From: an uncultured Actinomycetota bacterium
GTDB lineage: Bacteria; Actinomycetota; Actinomycetes; Streptosporangiales; Streptosporangiaceae
Length of the DNA stretch: 64,000 nucleotides
Assembly (NCBI GenBank): GCA_963844625.1
Contig: CAWJPF010000020.1
Coordinates: 52,946-116,945, forward strand
Direction: 5' to 3'
Both the position numbers and the translations under genes were made by a program. The notes beneath the pieces were generated by a model. That model was not told the origin of the DNA. It searched no databases and worked only from the letters and a program-made list of their open reading frames with translations. Below, piece by piece: positions 35,185 through 45,450 of the stretch (position 1 is the stretch's first letter; each line of letters begins with the position of its first letter).

Positions 35185-36276
35185 TCAGCTGACTTCTGCC
35201 GTCGAGCTGACGTCCGCGATCGAGGACAATCCCGCCGCCCGCACCCGTCGGGCCAGCCCGGCGTGCACGCGCCGCGGCCACAGCGGGCCGCCGTAGATGA
35301 ACCCGGTGTAGGCCTGGACCAGCGTGGCGCCGGCCTGCAGCCGGGCCCAGGCGTCCTCCGGGGTCTCGATCCCGCCGGCCGCGATGAGCACCAGCTGGTC
35401 CCCGGCGCGGGCCCGCAGCCGGCCAAGCACCGCGAGCGCCCGGTCCCGCAGCGGCGGCCCGGACAGTCCGCCCGCCCCCGCGGCCGCGACCTCGGCCGCC
35501 GGGCTGGCCAGCCCGGCACGCGAGATGGTCGTGTTGGTCGCGATGACCCCGTCGAGCCCGAGCTCGACCGCCAGGTCCGCGACCGCGTCGACGTCCGCGT
35601 CGGCGAGGTCGGGCGCGATCTTCACCAGCAGCGGCACCCGCCGCACAGCGGTCGCGTCGAGCGCCTCGCGCACCGCCACGAGCACCGGCCGGAGCCGGTC
35701 CGCCGCCTGCAGGTCGCGCAGCCCCGGCGTGTTCGGCGAGCTGACGTTGACCACAACGTAGTCGGCGACCCCGGCTACCGCCCGCGCGCTGGCCGCGTAG
35801 TCCGCGGCGGCCCCGTCGTCCGGTACCACCTTGGTCTTGCCGATGTTGACCCCGACGACCAGCGACCGGGTCCGCCCGCGCAGCCGGGCGGCGGCCGCGG
35901 CCGCCCCCTCGTTGTTGAACCCCATCCGGTTGACCAGCGCCCGGTCCGCCGTCAGCCGGAACATCCGCGGCCTCGGATTGCCCGGCTGGGCCCGCGCGGT
36001 CACCGTGCCGACCTCCACGAACCCGAACCCGAGCGCGGCCAGCCCGGCCGTTCCGCGCGCGTCCTTATCGAACCCGGCCGCCAGCCCGAGCGGCCCGGGA
36101 AAGTCGAGCCCGAGCGCCCGCACCCGCAGCACCGGATCGCGCGGCCCAAGCCACCGCCGCAGCGCCCACGCCGCCCCCGGCACCCGCGCCGTCCCCCGGA
36201 TCAGCCCGAACCCCGCCCGGTGCGCCGCCTCAGCCGGCACCCGCCGCAGCACCACCCGGTAAAGGAGCCCGTACAT
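35185..36276 (-). CDS. pyrD: Dihydroorotate dehydrogenase (quinone), class 2
   Basis: '[11 protein letters not shown]...[11 protein letters not shown]...NRMGFNNEG...VNIGKTK...[16 protein letters not shown]...GVIATNTT...GGLSG'. Start chosen at 'MYGLLYR'. Confidence 0.9.
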   Translation of the reverse strand: MYGLLYRVVLRRVPAEAAHRAGFGLIRGTARVPGAAWALRRWLGPRDPVLRVRALGLDFPGPLGLAAGFDKDARGTAGLAALGFGFVEVGTVTARAQPGNPRPRMFRLTADRALVNRMGFNNEGAAAAAARLRGRTRSLVVGVNIGKTKVVPDDGAAADYAASARAVAGVADYVVVNVSSPNTPGLRDLQAADRLRPVLVAVREALDATAVRRVPLLVKIAPDLADADVDAVADLAVELGLDGVIATNTTISRAGLASPAAEVAAAGAGGLSGPPLRDRALAVLGRLRARAGDQLVLIAAGGIETPEDAWARLQAGATLVQAYTGFIYGGPLWPRRVHAGLARRVRAAGLSSIADVSSTAEVS

Positions 36277-36390
36277 CGCCTCACCCCGAAAGTTCAAAGG
36301 CATTATCCCGAACGATCCTGGGCACTTGCCCTCGCACCCGCCCACGCCCGCGTCCGCTCCCGCCTGCAGGGGGATCGGTGTGCCCCGGTA

Positions 36391-39300
36391 CTAGGCGACG
36401 AGCTCGGATTCGCCGGTGAAGGCGTCCCAGAGGGCGGCGTAGGTCCCGTCGGCGGCGAGCAGTTCATCGTGGGTGCCTGTCTCGGCGATGCCGCCGGCGT
36501 CCAGGACCACGATGCGGTCCGCCTGGGAGGCGGTGGTGAGCCGGTGCGCGACCACGATCGTGGTGCGCGCCGCGGTCAGCTCGCTGATGGCGTGGTTCAC
36601 CGCGGCCTCCGCGGCCAGGTCGAGCGCGGCGGTCGCCTCGTCGAGCAGCAGGATGGCGGGGTCGGCCAGCTGCGCGCGGGCGAGCGCGACGAGCTGGCGC
36701 TGGCCGGCCGACAGGTTGCGGCCTCGCTCGGAGACCTCGTGGCCGTAGCCGCCGGACAGCTGCATGATCATGTCGTGCGCGCCGGTCGCGCGGGCCGCGG
36801 CCTCGACCTCGGCGTCGCTGGCGTCCGGCCTGGCGTACGCGATCGAGTCCCTGACCGTCCCCGCGAACAGGTAGGACTCCTGCGGGACGACGCCGAGGCG
36901 GTGCCGGTAGCTGGCCAGGTCATAGTCCCGGACGTCGGTGCCGTCGACCAGGACCCGCCCCCTGGTGGCGTCGTAGAAACGGGCGATGAGCTTGACCAGC
37001 GTGGACTTTCCCGCTCCGGTCTGACCGACCAGGGCGACGGTCTCGCCGGGCTCGATGGTCAGGTTAACCCCGGCCAGCGCGTTGGCCTTGCTGCCGCCGT
37101 AGCCGAAGTCCACGTCGCGCAGCTCGATCCGGCCGTTCAGCCGGGGCGCGATGACGGGGCGGGCGGCCGCCGGGGTGGAGGTGCCGAGCCTGAGCAGGTC
37201 CGTGATCCGGTGCAGCCCGACCATGGCCTGCTGGTAGCCGTCGAAGACCTGGGAGAGCTGCTGGACGGGGGAGAAGACCATGTCGATGTAGAGCAGGTAG
37301 GCGATCAGCGCGCCCGTGGTGAGCGTGCCGTTCCGCATCTCGCCGGTAGCCAGGACGAGCACGATCGCGCCCGCGGCCGTGGACAGGGTCTGCACGAACG
37401 GGAAGTAGATCGCGATGTACCGCTGGGCCCGCAGCCGGGAGACCCGGAAGGCCTGGCTGCGCGCGCCGAACCGGTCCCGGTTGACCGGCTCGCGGCGGAA
37501 CGCCTGCGTCACCCGCAGCCCGGCCACGTTCTCGGCGAAGGCGGCGTTGACGGCGGCCACCTTCTCCCGCGACTCGCCGTACGCCTTCGCCGACTTCGAC
37601 CGGAACACCAGCGTCGCCGCCACCAGCACAGGGAAGATGGAAAGGACCGCGAGACCGAGGGTGAGGTTGATGATGAGCAGCGCGGCGAGCACGCCGAAGA
37701 AGGTGAGCACCGAGCTGACCATGGTGATCAGCCCGGTCTGCAGGAACGAGGACAGCGCGTCCACGTCGGTCGTCATCCTGGTCATGATCCGGCCGGACAT
37801 CTCGCGCTCGTAGAAGTCGAGGCCGAGCCGCTGCAGCTGAGCGAAGAGCTTGACGCGCAGGGTGAACAGGAGCCGTTCGCCGTTCCGCCCGACCACCATC
37901 GTCTCGACGATGTTGACCAGCCAGTCGGCCAGCACGATGGCCAGCCCGATGAGGGAGACCACGACGATGGCGTGAAAGACCTTGGTCTGCACGCCGTTGT
38001 CGATGCCGTTCCTGACCAGCGCGGGCAGCGCCAGCCCGGCAACCGCGTCGAGGCCGTCAAGGAGCAGCCCGATGATCAGCGCGGCCGCGAGCGGCCGCAG
38101 CAGCCTGCGCAGGGTGAAATGCCTGTCCCCGGCGCGCGCCGGGGCCAGCGGGACGTCCGGCGCGTCGTTGGCGGGCGGCAGCGCGTCGACCTGGGCGAGC
38201 AGCTCTGGCGTCGGCGGCAGGCTGGCGAACATCCCGGTGATATTCCCGGCTCCGGCGACGCCAGCCCGGCCGCGTCCCCGGGCGCCCGCCCCGCCGGGGG
38301 CCGCTGCGCCCGCGCCCGCGCCGGCCAGTACCCGGCCGTCAAGCACGTCTTCCACGGTGTGGCTCGCGCGCGGCCGGATCAGGGAAATGCCCGGCCCGGC
38401 TTCGTCCGCCATCTCTTCGCCGGTGATGAGCTGCCGGTACAGCGCGCAGCGCTCGGTCAGCTCCTCGTGGGTGCCGCTGTCGGCGATCCGGCCCTGATCG
38501 AGCACCACGATCCGGTCGGCCAGGTTCAGCGTCGACCGGCGGTGCGCGATGATCAGCGTGGTGCGTCCGGCCATCACCGTCCGCAGCGCGGCGTGGATCT
38601 CCGCCTCAAGCCGCGGGTCGATGGCCGAGGTCGCGTCGTCGAGCACCAGCAGCCGCGGGTCGGTGACCAGCGCCCGGGCCAGCGCCACCCGCTGCCGCTG
38701 CCCACCGGACAGGGTCATACCCTGTTCGCCGACAACGGTGTCGTAGCCGTTCGGCAGCCTGACGATGAACTCGTGGGCCTGGGCCGCCTTGGCCGCGGCG
38801 ATGATGAGTTCCTCGGTCGCATCCGGCAGGCCGTAGGCGATGTTGGCGCCCACCGTGTCGGAGAACAGGAAGCTGTCCTCCATGACCAGCCCGATGGCGG
38901 CGCGCAGCGACTCCCTGGTCACGTCCGCGACGTCGTACCCGCCGATGCGGACCGAGCCGCCCTGCGGGTCGTAAAAGCGGGGCAGCAACTGCGCGATGGT
39001 CGACTTGCCTGACCCGGACGCGCCGACTACGGCGACCGTCTCGCCGGGCTCGATGCGGAACGAAAGGCCGCGCAGCACCGGCTGTGACGGCACGTAGCCG
39101 AACCTGACGTCGTCGAAGCTGACGCCGGTCGCGTCCGGCGGGAGCACGATGGCGTCCGGCTGGTCGGTGATCGCCGGGCGCGCGTCGATGATGTCGAACA
39201 CCCGGATGACGCTGGCGCGCGCCTCTTGGCCGATGGTGACCATCATCGTCAGGGTGCGGACCGGGCCGCTCATCTGGGCCAGGTAGGCCGAGAACGCGAG

Positions 39301-40167
39301 GAACGTGCCCAGCGTGATGGACCCGTGAATCGCCAGCCACCCGCCCAGCGCGAGCACGCCCACCATGCCAAGCGACGGGATGGCGGTGAGCGCCGGGTTG
39401 TACCTGGCCGTCAGCCGGACCATGCGCAGGCGCGACGCGAACAGCCTGGAGCTCGCCTGTTCCAGCCGCTGCTGTTCCTGCTCCTCCTGCCCGAACCCCT
39501 TGACCACGCGCACACCGCCGATGGCCTCATCGACGATGCCGGCCACGTCGCCCGACTCCTGCTGCGCCTGCCAGCTCGCGGGAAACAGCTTGCGCCGCGA
39601 GGCCAGCGCGATCATCCACAGGGCCGGCGCGACCGCGATGGTCACGATGGTCAGGACGGGGGACAGCACCGCCATGATGACGATGGACAAGATGAACAGC
39701 ACGAGGTTACCGAGCGTGATCGGCACCATGGACAGGATGCTCTGCACCATGTTCAGGTCAGAAATGGACCGGCCGACCAGCTGCCCGGTGTGGATCTCGT
39801 CCTGGCGCGCGCCGTCGAGCCGGGACAGCGAGTCGAACAGCTCGGTGCGCAGTTCATGCTGCACGTCCAGGGAGAGGCGGCCGCCGTAGTAGCGGCGCAG
39901 GTAGATGCTGCCGAAGTTCACCGCGGCCGCGACCAGCAGCAATCCAGCCAGCGGCCAGATCGACTCCTTGTGGGTCACGATCACGTCGTCGATGATCCGG
40001 CGCTGAACTAGGGGGATCGCAGCGGTCGCGACGGCGGCCACCAGGGCTCCGCCCAGCGAGATAAGGACACTGCGCCGATGCCGCCAGCAATAACCCGCCA
40101 GCCGCCGTAGCCACCCGTTTTCCGATGGGTTTGTCCCAGTCGCGTGCCCTGTCCTCCTTGACAGCAA
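36391..40167 (-). CDS. Fused ABC exporter (TMD-NBD-TMD-NBD, two type-I exporter halves in one polypeptide)
   Basis: 1258 aa with two Walker A motifs ('GASGSGKST', 'GQTGAGKST') and two signature motifs ('LSGGQRQR', 'LSAGQRQL'). The Gly/Ala/Arg-rich linker is 'GAGAGAAAPGGAGARGRGRAGVAGAG'. Confidence 0.85.
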   Translation of the reverse strand: MLSRRTGHATGTNPSENGWLRRLAGYCWRHRRSVLISLGGALVAAVATAAIPLVQRRIIDDVIVTHKESIWPLAGLLLVAAAVNFGSIYLRRYYGGRLSLDVQHELRTELFDSLSRLDGARQDEIHTGQLVGRSISDLNMVQSILSMVPITLGNLVLFILSIVIMAVLSPVLTIVTIAVAPALWMIALASRRKLFPASWQAQQESGDVAGIVDEAIGGVRVVKGFGQEEQEQQRLEQASSRLFASRLRMVRLTARYNPALTAIPSLGMVGVLALGGWLAIHGSITLGTFLAFSAYLAQMSGPVRTLTMMVTIGQEARASVIRVFDIIDARPAITDQPDAIVLPPDATGVSFDDVRFGYVPSQPVLRGLSFRIEPGETVAVVGASGSGKSTIAQLLPRFYDPQGGSVRIGGYDVADVTRESLRAAIGLVMEDSFLFSDTVGANIAYGLPDATEELIIAAAKAAQAHEFIVRLPNGYDTVVGEQGMTLSGGQRQRVALARALVTDPRLLVLDDATSAIDPRLEAEIHAALRTVMAGRTTLIIAHRRSTLNLADRIVVLDQGRIADSGTHEELTERCALYRQLITGEEMADEAGPGISLIRPRASHTVEDVLDGRVLAGAGAGAAAPGGAGARGRGRAGVAGAGNITGMFASLPPTPELLAQVDALPPANDAPDVPLAPARAGDRHFTLRRLLRPLAAALIIGLLLDGLDAVAGLALPALVRNGIDNGVQTKVFHAIVVVSLIGLAIVLADWLVNIVETMVVGRNGERLLFTLRVKLFAQLQRLGLDFYEREMSGRIMTRMTTDVDALSSFLQTGLITMVSSVLTFFGVLAALLIINLTLGLAVLSIFPVLVAATLVFRSKSAKAYGESREKVAAVNAAFAENVAGLRVTQAFRREPVNRDRFGARSQAFRVSRLRAQRYIAIYFPFVQTLSTAAGAIVLVLATGEMRNGTLTTGALIAYLLYIDMVFSPVQQLSQVFDGYQQAMVGLHRITDLLRLGTSTPAAARPVIAPRLNGRIELRDVDFGYGGSKANALAGVNLTIEPGETVALVGQTGAGKSTLVKLIARFYDATRGRVLVDGTDVRDYDLASYRHRLGVVPQESYLFAGTVRDSIAYARPDASDAEVEAAARATGAHDMIMQLSGGYGHEVSERGRNLSAGQRQLVALARAQLADPAILLLDEATAALDLAAEAAVNHAISELTAARTTIVVAHRLTTASQADRIVVLDAGGIAETGTHDELLAADGTYAALWDAFTGESELVA

Positions 40168-40329
40168 AACCGCCCCACCTCGCTCGTCCCGTAGAAGGGT
40201 AAACAGCGGCGCACGGTCATTTCATTTCCTTAGCTAACCATCTGGCGCCCGGACTCGTCCGGCTTCCGCGCCAGCGGTAACGAACCTGACCTCAGCCGCG
40301 CGCCTGCGTAAGCGCAGACTCCTGGCCGG

Positions 40330-41361
40330 TCACGCTGCGTACGGACGGACGTCGCTGAGCGCGGCGAGCGATTCGGCCGAGGTGCGGAAGGAGACGTCGA
40401 GCACGGCCTCCCGGCGCCGGGGGTCCATCAGGTTGGCGCCCATCGCGGCCAGGTCCGCCCGGCCCGGCGTCAACACGGTCACCCGTTTGCCCTGCGCGCC
40501 AAGCGCCCTTGCCTGCCGGAGCAGGATGCTGGTGTTGACCTGCCTGAACCGGCGCTCCATCCGCAGATGCGGCTGGAGCGGATGATCGGGGTCGGTGCTG
40601 GCCATCGGCGCGAGCACGTAGATCTCCTCCACGTCGGTGCCGCTCAGGGCCTTCAGCGAGGTCGTGGACCGCACGCCGCCGTCCACGTAGCGGCGGCCGC
40701 CGATGATGGCCGGCTCGTACCAGCCCGGAATGGAGCAGGAGGCGACCACCGCGTCGGGCAGCGATGCGCGCGGGGCGCCGTCGGCACCGAAGAGCACCTG
40801 CTGCCCGGTGTCGTAGTCCATGGCGGCGATCCAGGTGCGGGCCTCGACCCAGAGCGGCGGCGGGCCGCCCGGACGGCCCCGCTGATAGTGGCGTCGGTGC
40901 AGCGCGCCGATGAGCGCCCGCAGGGCGGTGTGCTGGCCCCGGCCGTGCGGCAGCCAGCCGCTGGCGGCAACCCACGGGGGCACCCGGTCCGGCCTGAGCA
41001 GGCCCGCGCGAGCCAGCGGTACCGAGCCGACCCGCAAGTGCGGCAGCGGCGGCAGCGGCCCGTCCAGTGCGGCGAGCGCGGCGGATTCGCGCAGGATTCC
41101 GGTGGCCTGCCCGCGCTGCCAGGCCACCATCTCCTCGAGCCCGGCATGGCAGCGCAAGGCTGCGGCCAGCACGCTGCCCGCGCTTGTCCCGATGATGACG
41201 TCAACGTCGCCGGCGGCGCACGGCAGCTGGTCCTGCAGGCTGGCCAGCGCGCCGGTCATCCAGGCCGCGCCGAGCACGCCGCCCGCCCCGAGCACCAGGC
41301 CGGTCCGGCCAGACGACCGGTACCGCACGGCCCGATCCGGACCGAAAATGACAGCAGCCAC
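40330..41361 (-). CDS. Patatin-like phospholipase
   Basis: 'GAGGVLGAAW' is the oxyanion GXGXXG and 'GTSAGS' is GXSXG. 'DGGV' is the catalytic Asp motif. Confidence 0.8.
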   Translation of the reverse strand: MAAVIFGPDRAVRYRSSGRTGLVLGAGGVLGAAWMTGALASLQDQLPCAAGDVDVIIGTSAGSVLAAALRCHAGLEEMVAWQRGQATGILRESAALAALDGPLPPLPHLRVGSVPLARAGLLRPDRVPPWVAASGWLPHGRGQHTALRALIGALHRRHYQRGRPGGPPPLWVEARTWIAAMDYDTGQQVLFGADGAPRASLPDAVVASCSIPGWYEPAIIGGRRYVDGGVRSTTSLKALSGTDVEEIYVLAPMASTDPDHPLQPHLRMERRFRQVNTSILLRQARALGAQGKRVTVLTPGRADLAAMGANLMDPRRREAVLDVSFRTSAESLAALSDVRPYAA

Positions 41362-41447
41362 TTTTCCTCCCCCAGCCCACTACAGACGATCCGGGCGACC
41401 GCAACCTACCCGGGCCGGTCAGCAGTATTGCTGGCTGCCAGTGAATT

Positions 41448-42497
41448 TTACCCGTGGTGACTTGAGGCAACCGCCGCTTCGCGGCCAGCCGACTCCATCC
41501 ACTCGGTGATCAGCCGGGCCGTCTCACCCGGCGTCTCCAGCATGGGCACGTGACCGACGCCGGGCAGCACGGTCGCCGACCACGCCGGGTGGGCGCGCGC
41601 GGCTACCCGGGCCAGCCTCACCGGCACCAGCCGGTCCCGGTCTCCGTGCACCAGCAGCACCGGGCAGCTGACCGCCTCGACGGCTCGCCGGAAGGCGCGG
41701 CCGCGGCCGGGAAACACGGTGGCCGCCACCGAGCGTGTCGCGCTGAGAAAGTCCCGGTCCGCCCCGGCGATCTCGGCCCGCTGCCGCGCCACGTAGACAT
41801 GCCGGGCCACCACTTCAGGGGCCACCCGGGCCGGATCGGCGCAGCACAGGGCCAGCGCGGCGGCCACGATGGCCTCGGGCGGCAGGCGGCGGCGTGCTAC
41901 CAGCCGCCCGAGGCCGGGCACCGCGGCCGAGACGAACAACCCGGCCACGATCGGGTCTAGCCGGGCCAGTACGACGGGCAGCACAGGATCGATCAGGATC
42001 AGCCCGGCCACGGCCTTCGGCGCGGCGGCCGCCTCGAGCAGCGAGAGCATGCCGCCCATGGAGTTGCCCATGAGGATGACGGGCCCGGTGGCCACGGCGG
42101 CCAGGAAGCCGTCCAGCAGCATCTGCTGGGCCCGGACGCCGGTGCCGCGCCGCGCCGACCAGGTCAGCCCGTGCCCGGACAGGTCCGGCGCCAGCAGCCG
42201 GTACCGTCCCGTCAGCAGCGGCGCGATGGCCGACCAGTTGACCGCGGCCCCGCCGAGCCCGTGCACGCCGACGATGAGCGGGCCCTCGGCCGGGCCGCCG
42301 AAATCGAGATAGTGAACCGGGCCGTCGAGGTCAAGCCACCGTGAGCGGCCGCCGAGCCGCCCGGTGGCGGCCTCAGCCGTAACCGCTGCCCGGCGTCCGC
42401 GACGGCGGGTAGGTGGGCTGGTATCCGCCGCCCGCCGGCCGGCGCCGCGTGGCGCGGATCGAGACCCCGCTGACCAGGGTCCCGATAGCGACACCAA
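41448..42497 (-). CDS. Alpha/beta hydrolase
   Basis: 'VGVHGLGGAAVNWSAIAPLL...LAPDLSGHG...GNSMGG'. The start is uncertain: the listed TTG start overlaps the upstream gene by 125 nt, so the true start is probably further downstream. Confidence 0.7.
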   Translation of the reverse strand: MVSLSGPWSAGSRSAPRGAGRRAADTSPPTRRRGRRAAVTAEAATGRLGGRSRWLDLDGPVHYLDFGGPAEGPLIVGVHGLGGAAVNWSAIAPLLTGRYRLLAPDLSGHGLTWSARRGTGVRAQQMLLDGFLAAVATGPVILMGNSMGGMLSLLEAAAAPKAVAGLILIDPVLPVVLARLDPIVAGLFVSAAVPGLGRLVARRRLPPEAIVAAALALCCADPARVAPEVVARHVYVARQRAEIAGADRDFLSATRSVAATVFPGRGRAFRRAVEAVSCPVLLVHGDRDRLVPVRLARVAARAHPAWSATVLPGVGHVPMLETPGETARLITEWMESAGREAAVASSHHG

Positions 42498-42888
42498 GCA
42501 CCAGGTTGACCAGGGCCGTGGCGCCCTTCTGGTCCAGCGGGGCCGTGGTGCTGAACGGGAACACCACCGCGATCACCGTGCCGAGCCCGATGATCCAGCC
42601 GAAGAACGTCCGCGGCCGCGGCGTGGAGATCAGCAGGAGGTGCATGATCGCGGTCGCGAACAGCGCGATCGCCGCCGCCGCGAACACGTATCCCACCGTC
42701 GAGGCGGCGCCCCAGGCGCCGTCCCGCTGCGGGGCCAGGATCGGGATCTTGAATAGCCACCGGCATACCAGGATGCCGACTAGTGCGATCAGGGCCGCCA
42801 CGACCGCGGTGGCCGCGCCCCCGGACCAGAGCTGCCTCGCGTCGACCTGGCGCGGGGTCTCCGGCGCACTGCCCATCGGAATTGTCAT
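42373..42888 (-). CDS. Integral membrane protein (four predicted TM helices; DUF6069-like)
   Basis: 171 aa with hydrophobic segments 'AATAVVAALIALVGILV', 'VGYVFAAAAIALFATAIMHLLL', 'WIIGLGTVIAVVF' and 'LVNLVLGVAIGTLV'. Confidence 0.65.
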   Translation of the reverse strand: MTIPMGSAPETPRQVDARQLWSGGAATAVVAALIALVGILVCRWLFKIPILAPQRDGAWGAASTVGYVFAAAAIALFATAIMHLLLISTPRPRTFFGWIIGLGTVIAVVFPFSTTAPLDQKGATALVNLVLGVAIGTLVSGVSIRATRRRPAGGGYQPTYPPSRTPGSGYG

Positions 42889-43040
42889 CGGCCTGCCTCA
42901 TCTTGAAACGCGCGTCTGCTCACAGACCTAACCGCTTACTGCCGCCCGAAACCCTCCAGCCGACGCCAAACCGCCGCGCGGACAGCCTACGGATAGGGTA
43001 TCCCGTGGTTGAGAACGCGAGCAGTCCGGAGGTAGACGTC

Positions 43041-43607
43041 GTGGCCAAGCCCGTCCTGCAGGTCATCATCGGCAGCACCAGGCCCGGCCGGGTCGGCACG
43101 GCCGTCGCCGACTGGATCATTGACCGGGCCCGGGCGCGGGGGGACTTCGAGGTCGTGGTGTCCGACCTGGCCGAAGTGAACCTGCCGATCTTCGACGAGC
43201 CGAACCATCCGAGGTTCCGCCAGTACGTCCACCAGCACACCAAGGACTGGAGCGCGATCGTCGACCGGTCCGACGCGTTCATCTTCGTGATCCCCGAGTA
43301 CAACTACGGATTCAACGCCGCAACCAAGAACGCCATCGACTACCTGCATCAGGAGTGGCTGAACAAGCCGGCCGGCATCGTCAGCTACGGCGGCGTGGCG
43401 GCGGGCACCCGCGCCGCCCAGATGCTCAAGCAGGTCCTGTCCGCGCTTAAGGTCGTGCCGGTCACCGACTCGGTGAACATCCCGTTCGTGGGCGAGAAGC
43501 TCGATGAGGAGGGACGGCTCAAGCCCAACGAGATCATGGAGAGCGCGGCCACCGCCATGCTCGGCGAACTGGCCCGCTGGGCCCAGGCCCTCGGCCCGCT
43601 CAGGTGA
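43041..43607 (+). CDS. NAD(P)H-dependent FMN reductase family protein
   Basis: 'VLQVIIGSTRPGRVGTAVADWI...AFIFVIPEYNYGFNAATKNAIDYL'. GTG start at 43041. Confidence 0.8.
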   Translation: MAKPVLQVIIGSTRPGRVGTAVADWIIDRARARGDFEVVVSDLAEVNLPIFDEPNHPRFRQYVHQHTKDWSAIVDRSDAFIFVIPEYNYGFNAATKNAIDYLHQEWLNKPAGIVSYGGVAAGTRAAQMLKQVLSALKVVPVTDSVNIPFVGEKLDEEGRLKPNEIMESAATAMLGELARWAQALGPLR

Positions 43608-45319
43608 CCGCGACCGTGACTATCGGGTAACCGCTGGCGCCGTTCGGTTCCGGCGGTGCCTGGACGCTGGTCTGCGTGTAGCCGGTCGCGTCGGTGGCCC
43701 GGGCCTCGATCACGTGGTTCCCGCCGGTGGCTTCCCATTCCCATACCCACTGCCGCCAGGTGTCGATGCCGGGGACCGCGGCCAGCGTGGCCTGGTTCCA
43801 CGGCCCCTGGTCGATCCGCACGTGCACGGCGTCGATGCCCTTGTGCTGGGCCCAGGCCACGCCGGCTACCGCCGTCCGGCCCGCCCGGAGCTGATTCGCG
43901 CCGTTGGGTACGTCGATCCGGCATTCGGTCTTGATGGGCGCCTGCTGCGACCAGCCGCGCTGAGCCCAGTAGGCGTAGTTGCCCGCGAACGTGGTCACGT
44001 TGATGTCCGTCACCCACTTGGTCGCGGACACGTACCCGTAAAGGCCGGGCACGACCATCCGGGCCGGGAAACCGTGCGCGACCGGGAGCGCCGTGCCGTT
44101 CATCGCTACCGCGAGCAAGGCGTCCCGGCCGTCCATGACCGTCTGCACCGGCGTTCCCGAGGTGAACCCGTCCACCGACGTGCACATCAGCTGGTCCGCC
44201 CCGGCCTTGATTCCGGCCTCCCTCAGCAGGCTGGCCAGGCTGGCCCCCAGCCAGAGCGCGTTGCCGATGTAGGGGCCCTCGACCGGGTCGGACACGCAGC
44301 ACAAGGTGACGTAGTCCTCGATAAGGGGCCGCTTGAGCAGGTCGTCGAAGGTGATGGTGAGGTCGCGTTCGACCATGCCGTGGATCCGCAGCTGCCAGCT
44401 GTCCGGATCGACCTGCGGCAAGACGATCGCCGTATCTACCCGGTAGAACGCCGCGTTGGACGTCACGAACGGAGAAATGCCCGGTACATCCAGGTTCACA
44501 CCGGGCGGCAGCGCCGCCGTGGACACCGTGGGCTTGGGGATGCGCAGCGTCCTCTGCGCGTTGGCTACGCTGCTTCGCTCGGCCAGCAGCCGGCCGGCCA
44601 GCCCGGCCCCGGCGGCGATGCCCAGCGTGGCCGCGCTGGCGGTAATAAAGCTCCGGCGGCGCGGACCAGCCTCCGCCAGTTCCCCGGACTCCAGTCTCCA
44701 GTTCCCCGGACTCCAGTTCCCCGGACTCCAGTTCCCCGGACTCCAGTTCCCCGGACTCCGGCTCTTCGGGCGCGGGCCCGGCCGCCGTGACCTCCGTATC
44801 GGGTGCCGCGGCCCAGGCGTCCTGCCACGGGTCGGCGGTCCACGTGGCCGGACGGTGCCGGGCCGCCGGGCCGACCAGGGGAATGAGGATGCGAAGGACG
44901 GCCGCCGCGGCTGCCGTCGCGGCCACGGTCGGCAGCAGGCTGGCGAAGCTGGCGGTGGGGCGGGTCGCGGCGGCGGTCAGCCCGATGACCGCGAACACCG
45001 CCAGCCCGGCCATGCCGACCCAAAGCCGCCGCGTGGCCTCCATCCCGATCAGGGCCGCGAACAGGGCGATCACCACGAGGATGCCGCCCACCAGGATGAG
45101 TTTGTCGTTCGAACCGAAGTTGGTGATGGCGAAGTTCTTCAGCCACGGCGGCGTGAAATCGATCTGCAGCTCACCGACCGCGACCACGGGAGATCCGCTG
45201 GCCCCTGTGAGGCCGGCCACGAGCTGCCCCACGCCCAGCGCGGTGGCGGCGGCCAGCAGGCCGGCGATAGCGCCGCGGCCCGTGCGACGCGCGTCTGTTC
45301 CGCTCCCCTTCGTCTTCAT
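43600..45319 (-). pseudogene. Membrane-anchored molybdopterin (sulfite-oxidase-family) oxidoreductase, split by a frameshift in an internal tandem repeat
   Basis: The N-terminal TM domain runs from 45319 to about 44700 in one frame. The 'RRRSFITASAATLG' twin-arginine-like segment plus the Moco and dimerisation domains ('..YVTLCCVSDPVEGPYIGNALW..GFPARMVVPGLYGYVSATKWV..') lie in another frame, ending at 43600. Confidence 0.7.
44677..44758. repeat. 15-bp tandem repeat (CAGTTCCCCGGACTC; ESGEL on the coding strand), five full units plus one 7-nt truncated unit
   Basis: Full units lie at 44677-44691, 44699-44713, 44714-44728, 44729-44743 and 44744-44758. The truncated unit CAGTCTC lies at 44692-44698. 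Confidence 0.85.
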
Positions 45320-45450
45320 GTCCTCTATTCGGTGCGGAGATGGCGCGGGTTTGCCGTGCCCGTGGATTATTCGTAGCCGAAAGGGCGGGGGATTGCCCCG
45401 ATCACCCCCAAGGCGGCAAACCCTAGCCGCTCCTGCTACGAATAACAGTC

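Noticed and set aside
34972-39012. A 1346-aa ORF on the + strand, the longest in the track.
   Set aside because: It is antisense to pyrD and the fused ABC exporter, both of which have unambiguous family motifs. Its translation is Arg/Gly/Pro/Asp-rich low complexity with no motifs. Long stop-free antisense frames are expected at ~70% GC.
43385-45319. A 644-aa ORF that could be taken as one continuous membrane protein.
   Set aside because: Only the first ~205 codons (TM domain and ESGEL repeats) are protein-like. After the truncated repeat unit the frame becomes Arg/Gly/Pro noise, while the real Moco domain is read in ORF 43600..44526 and its upstream extension.
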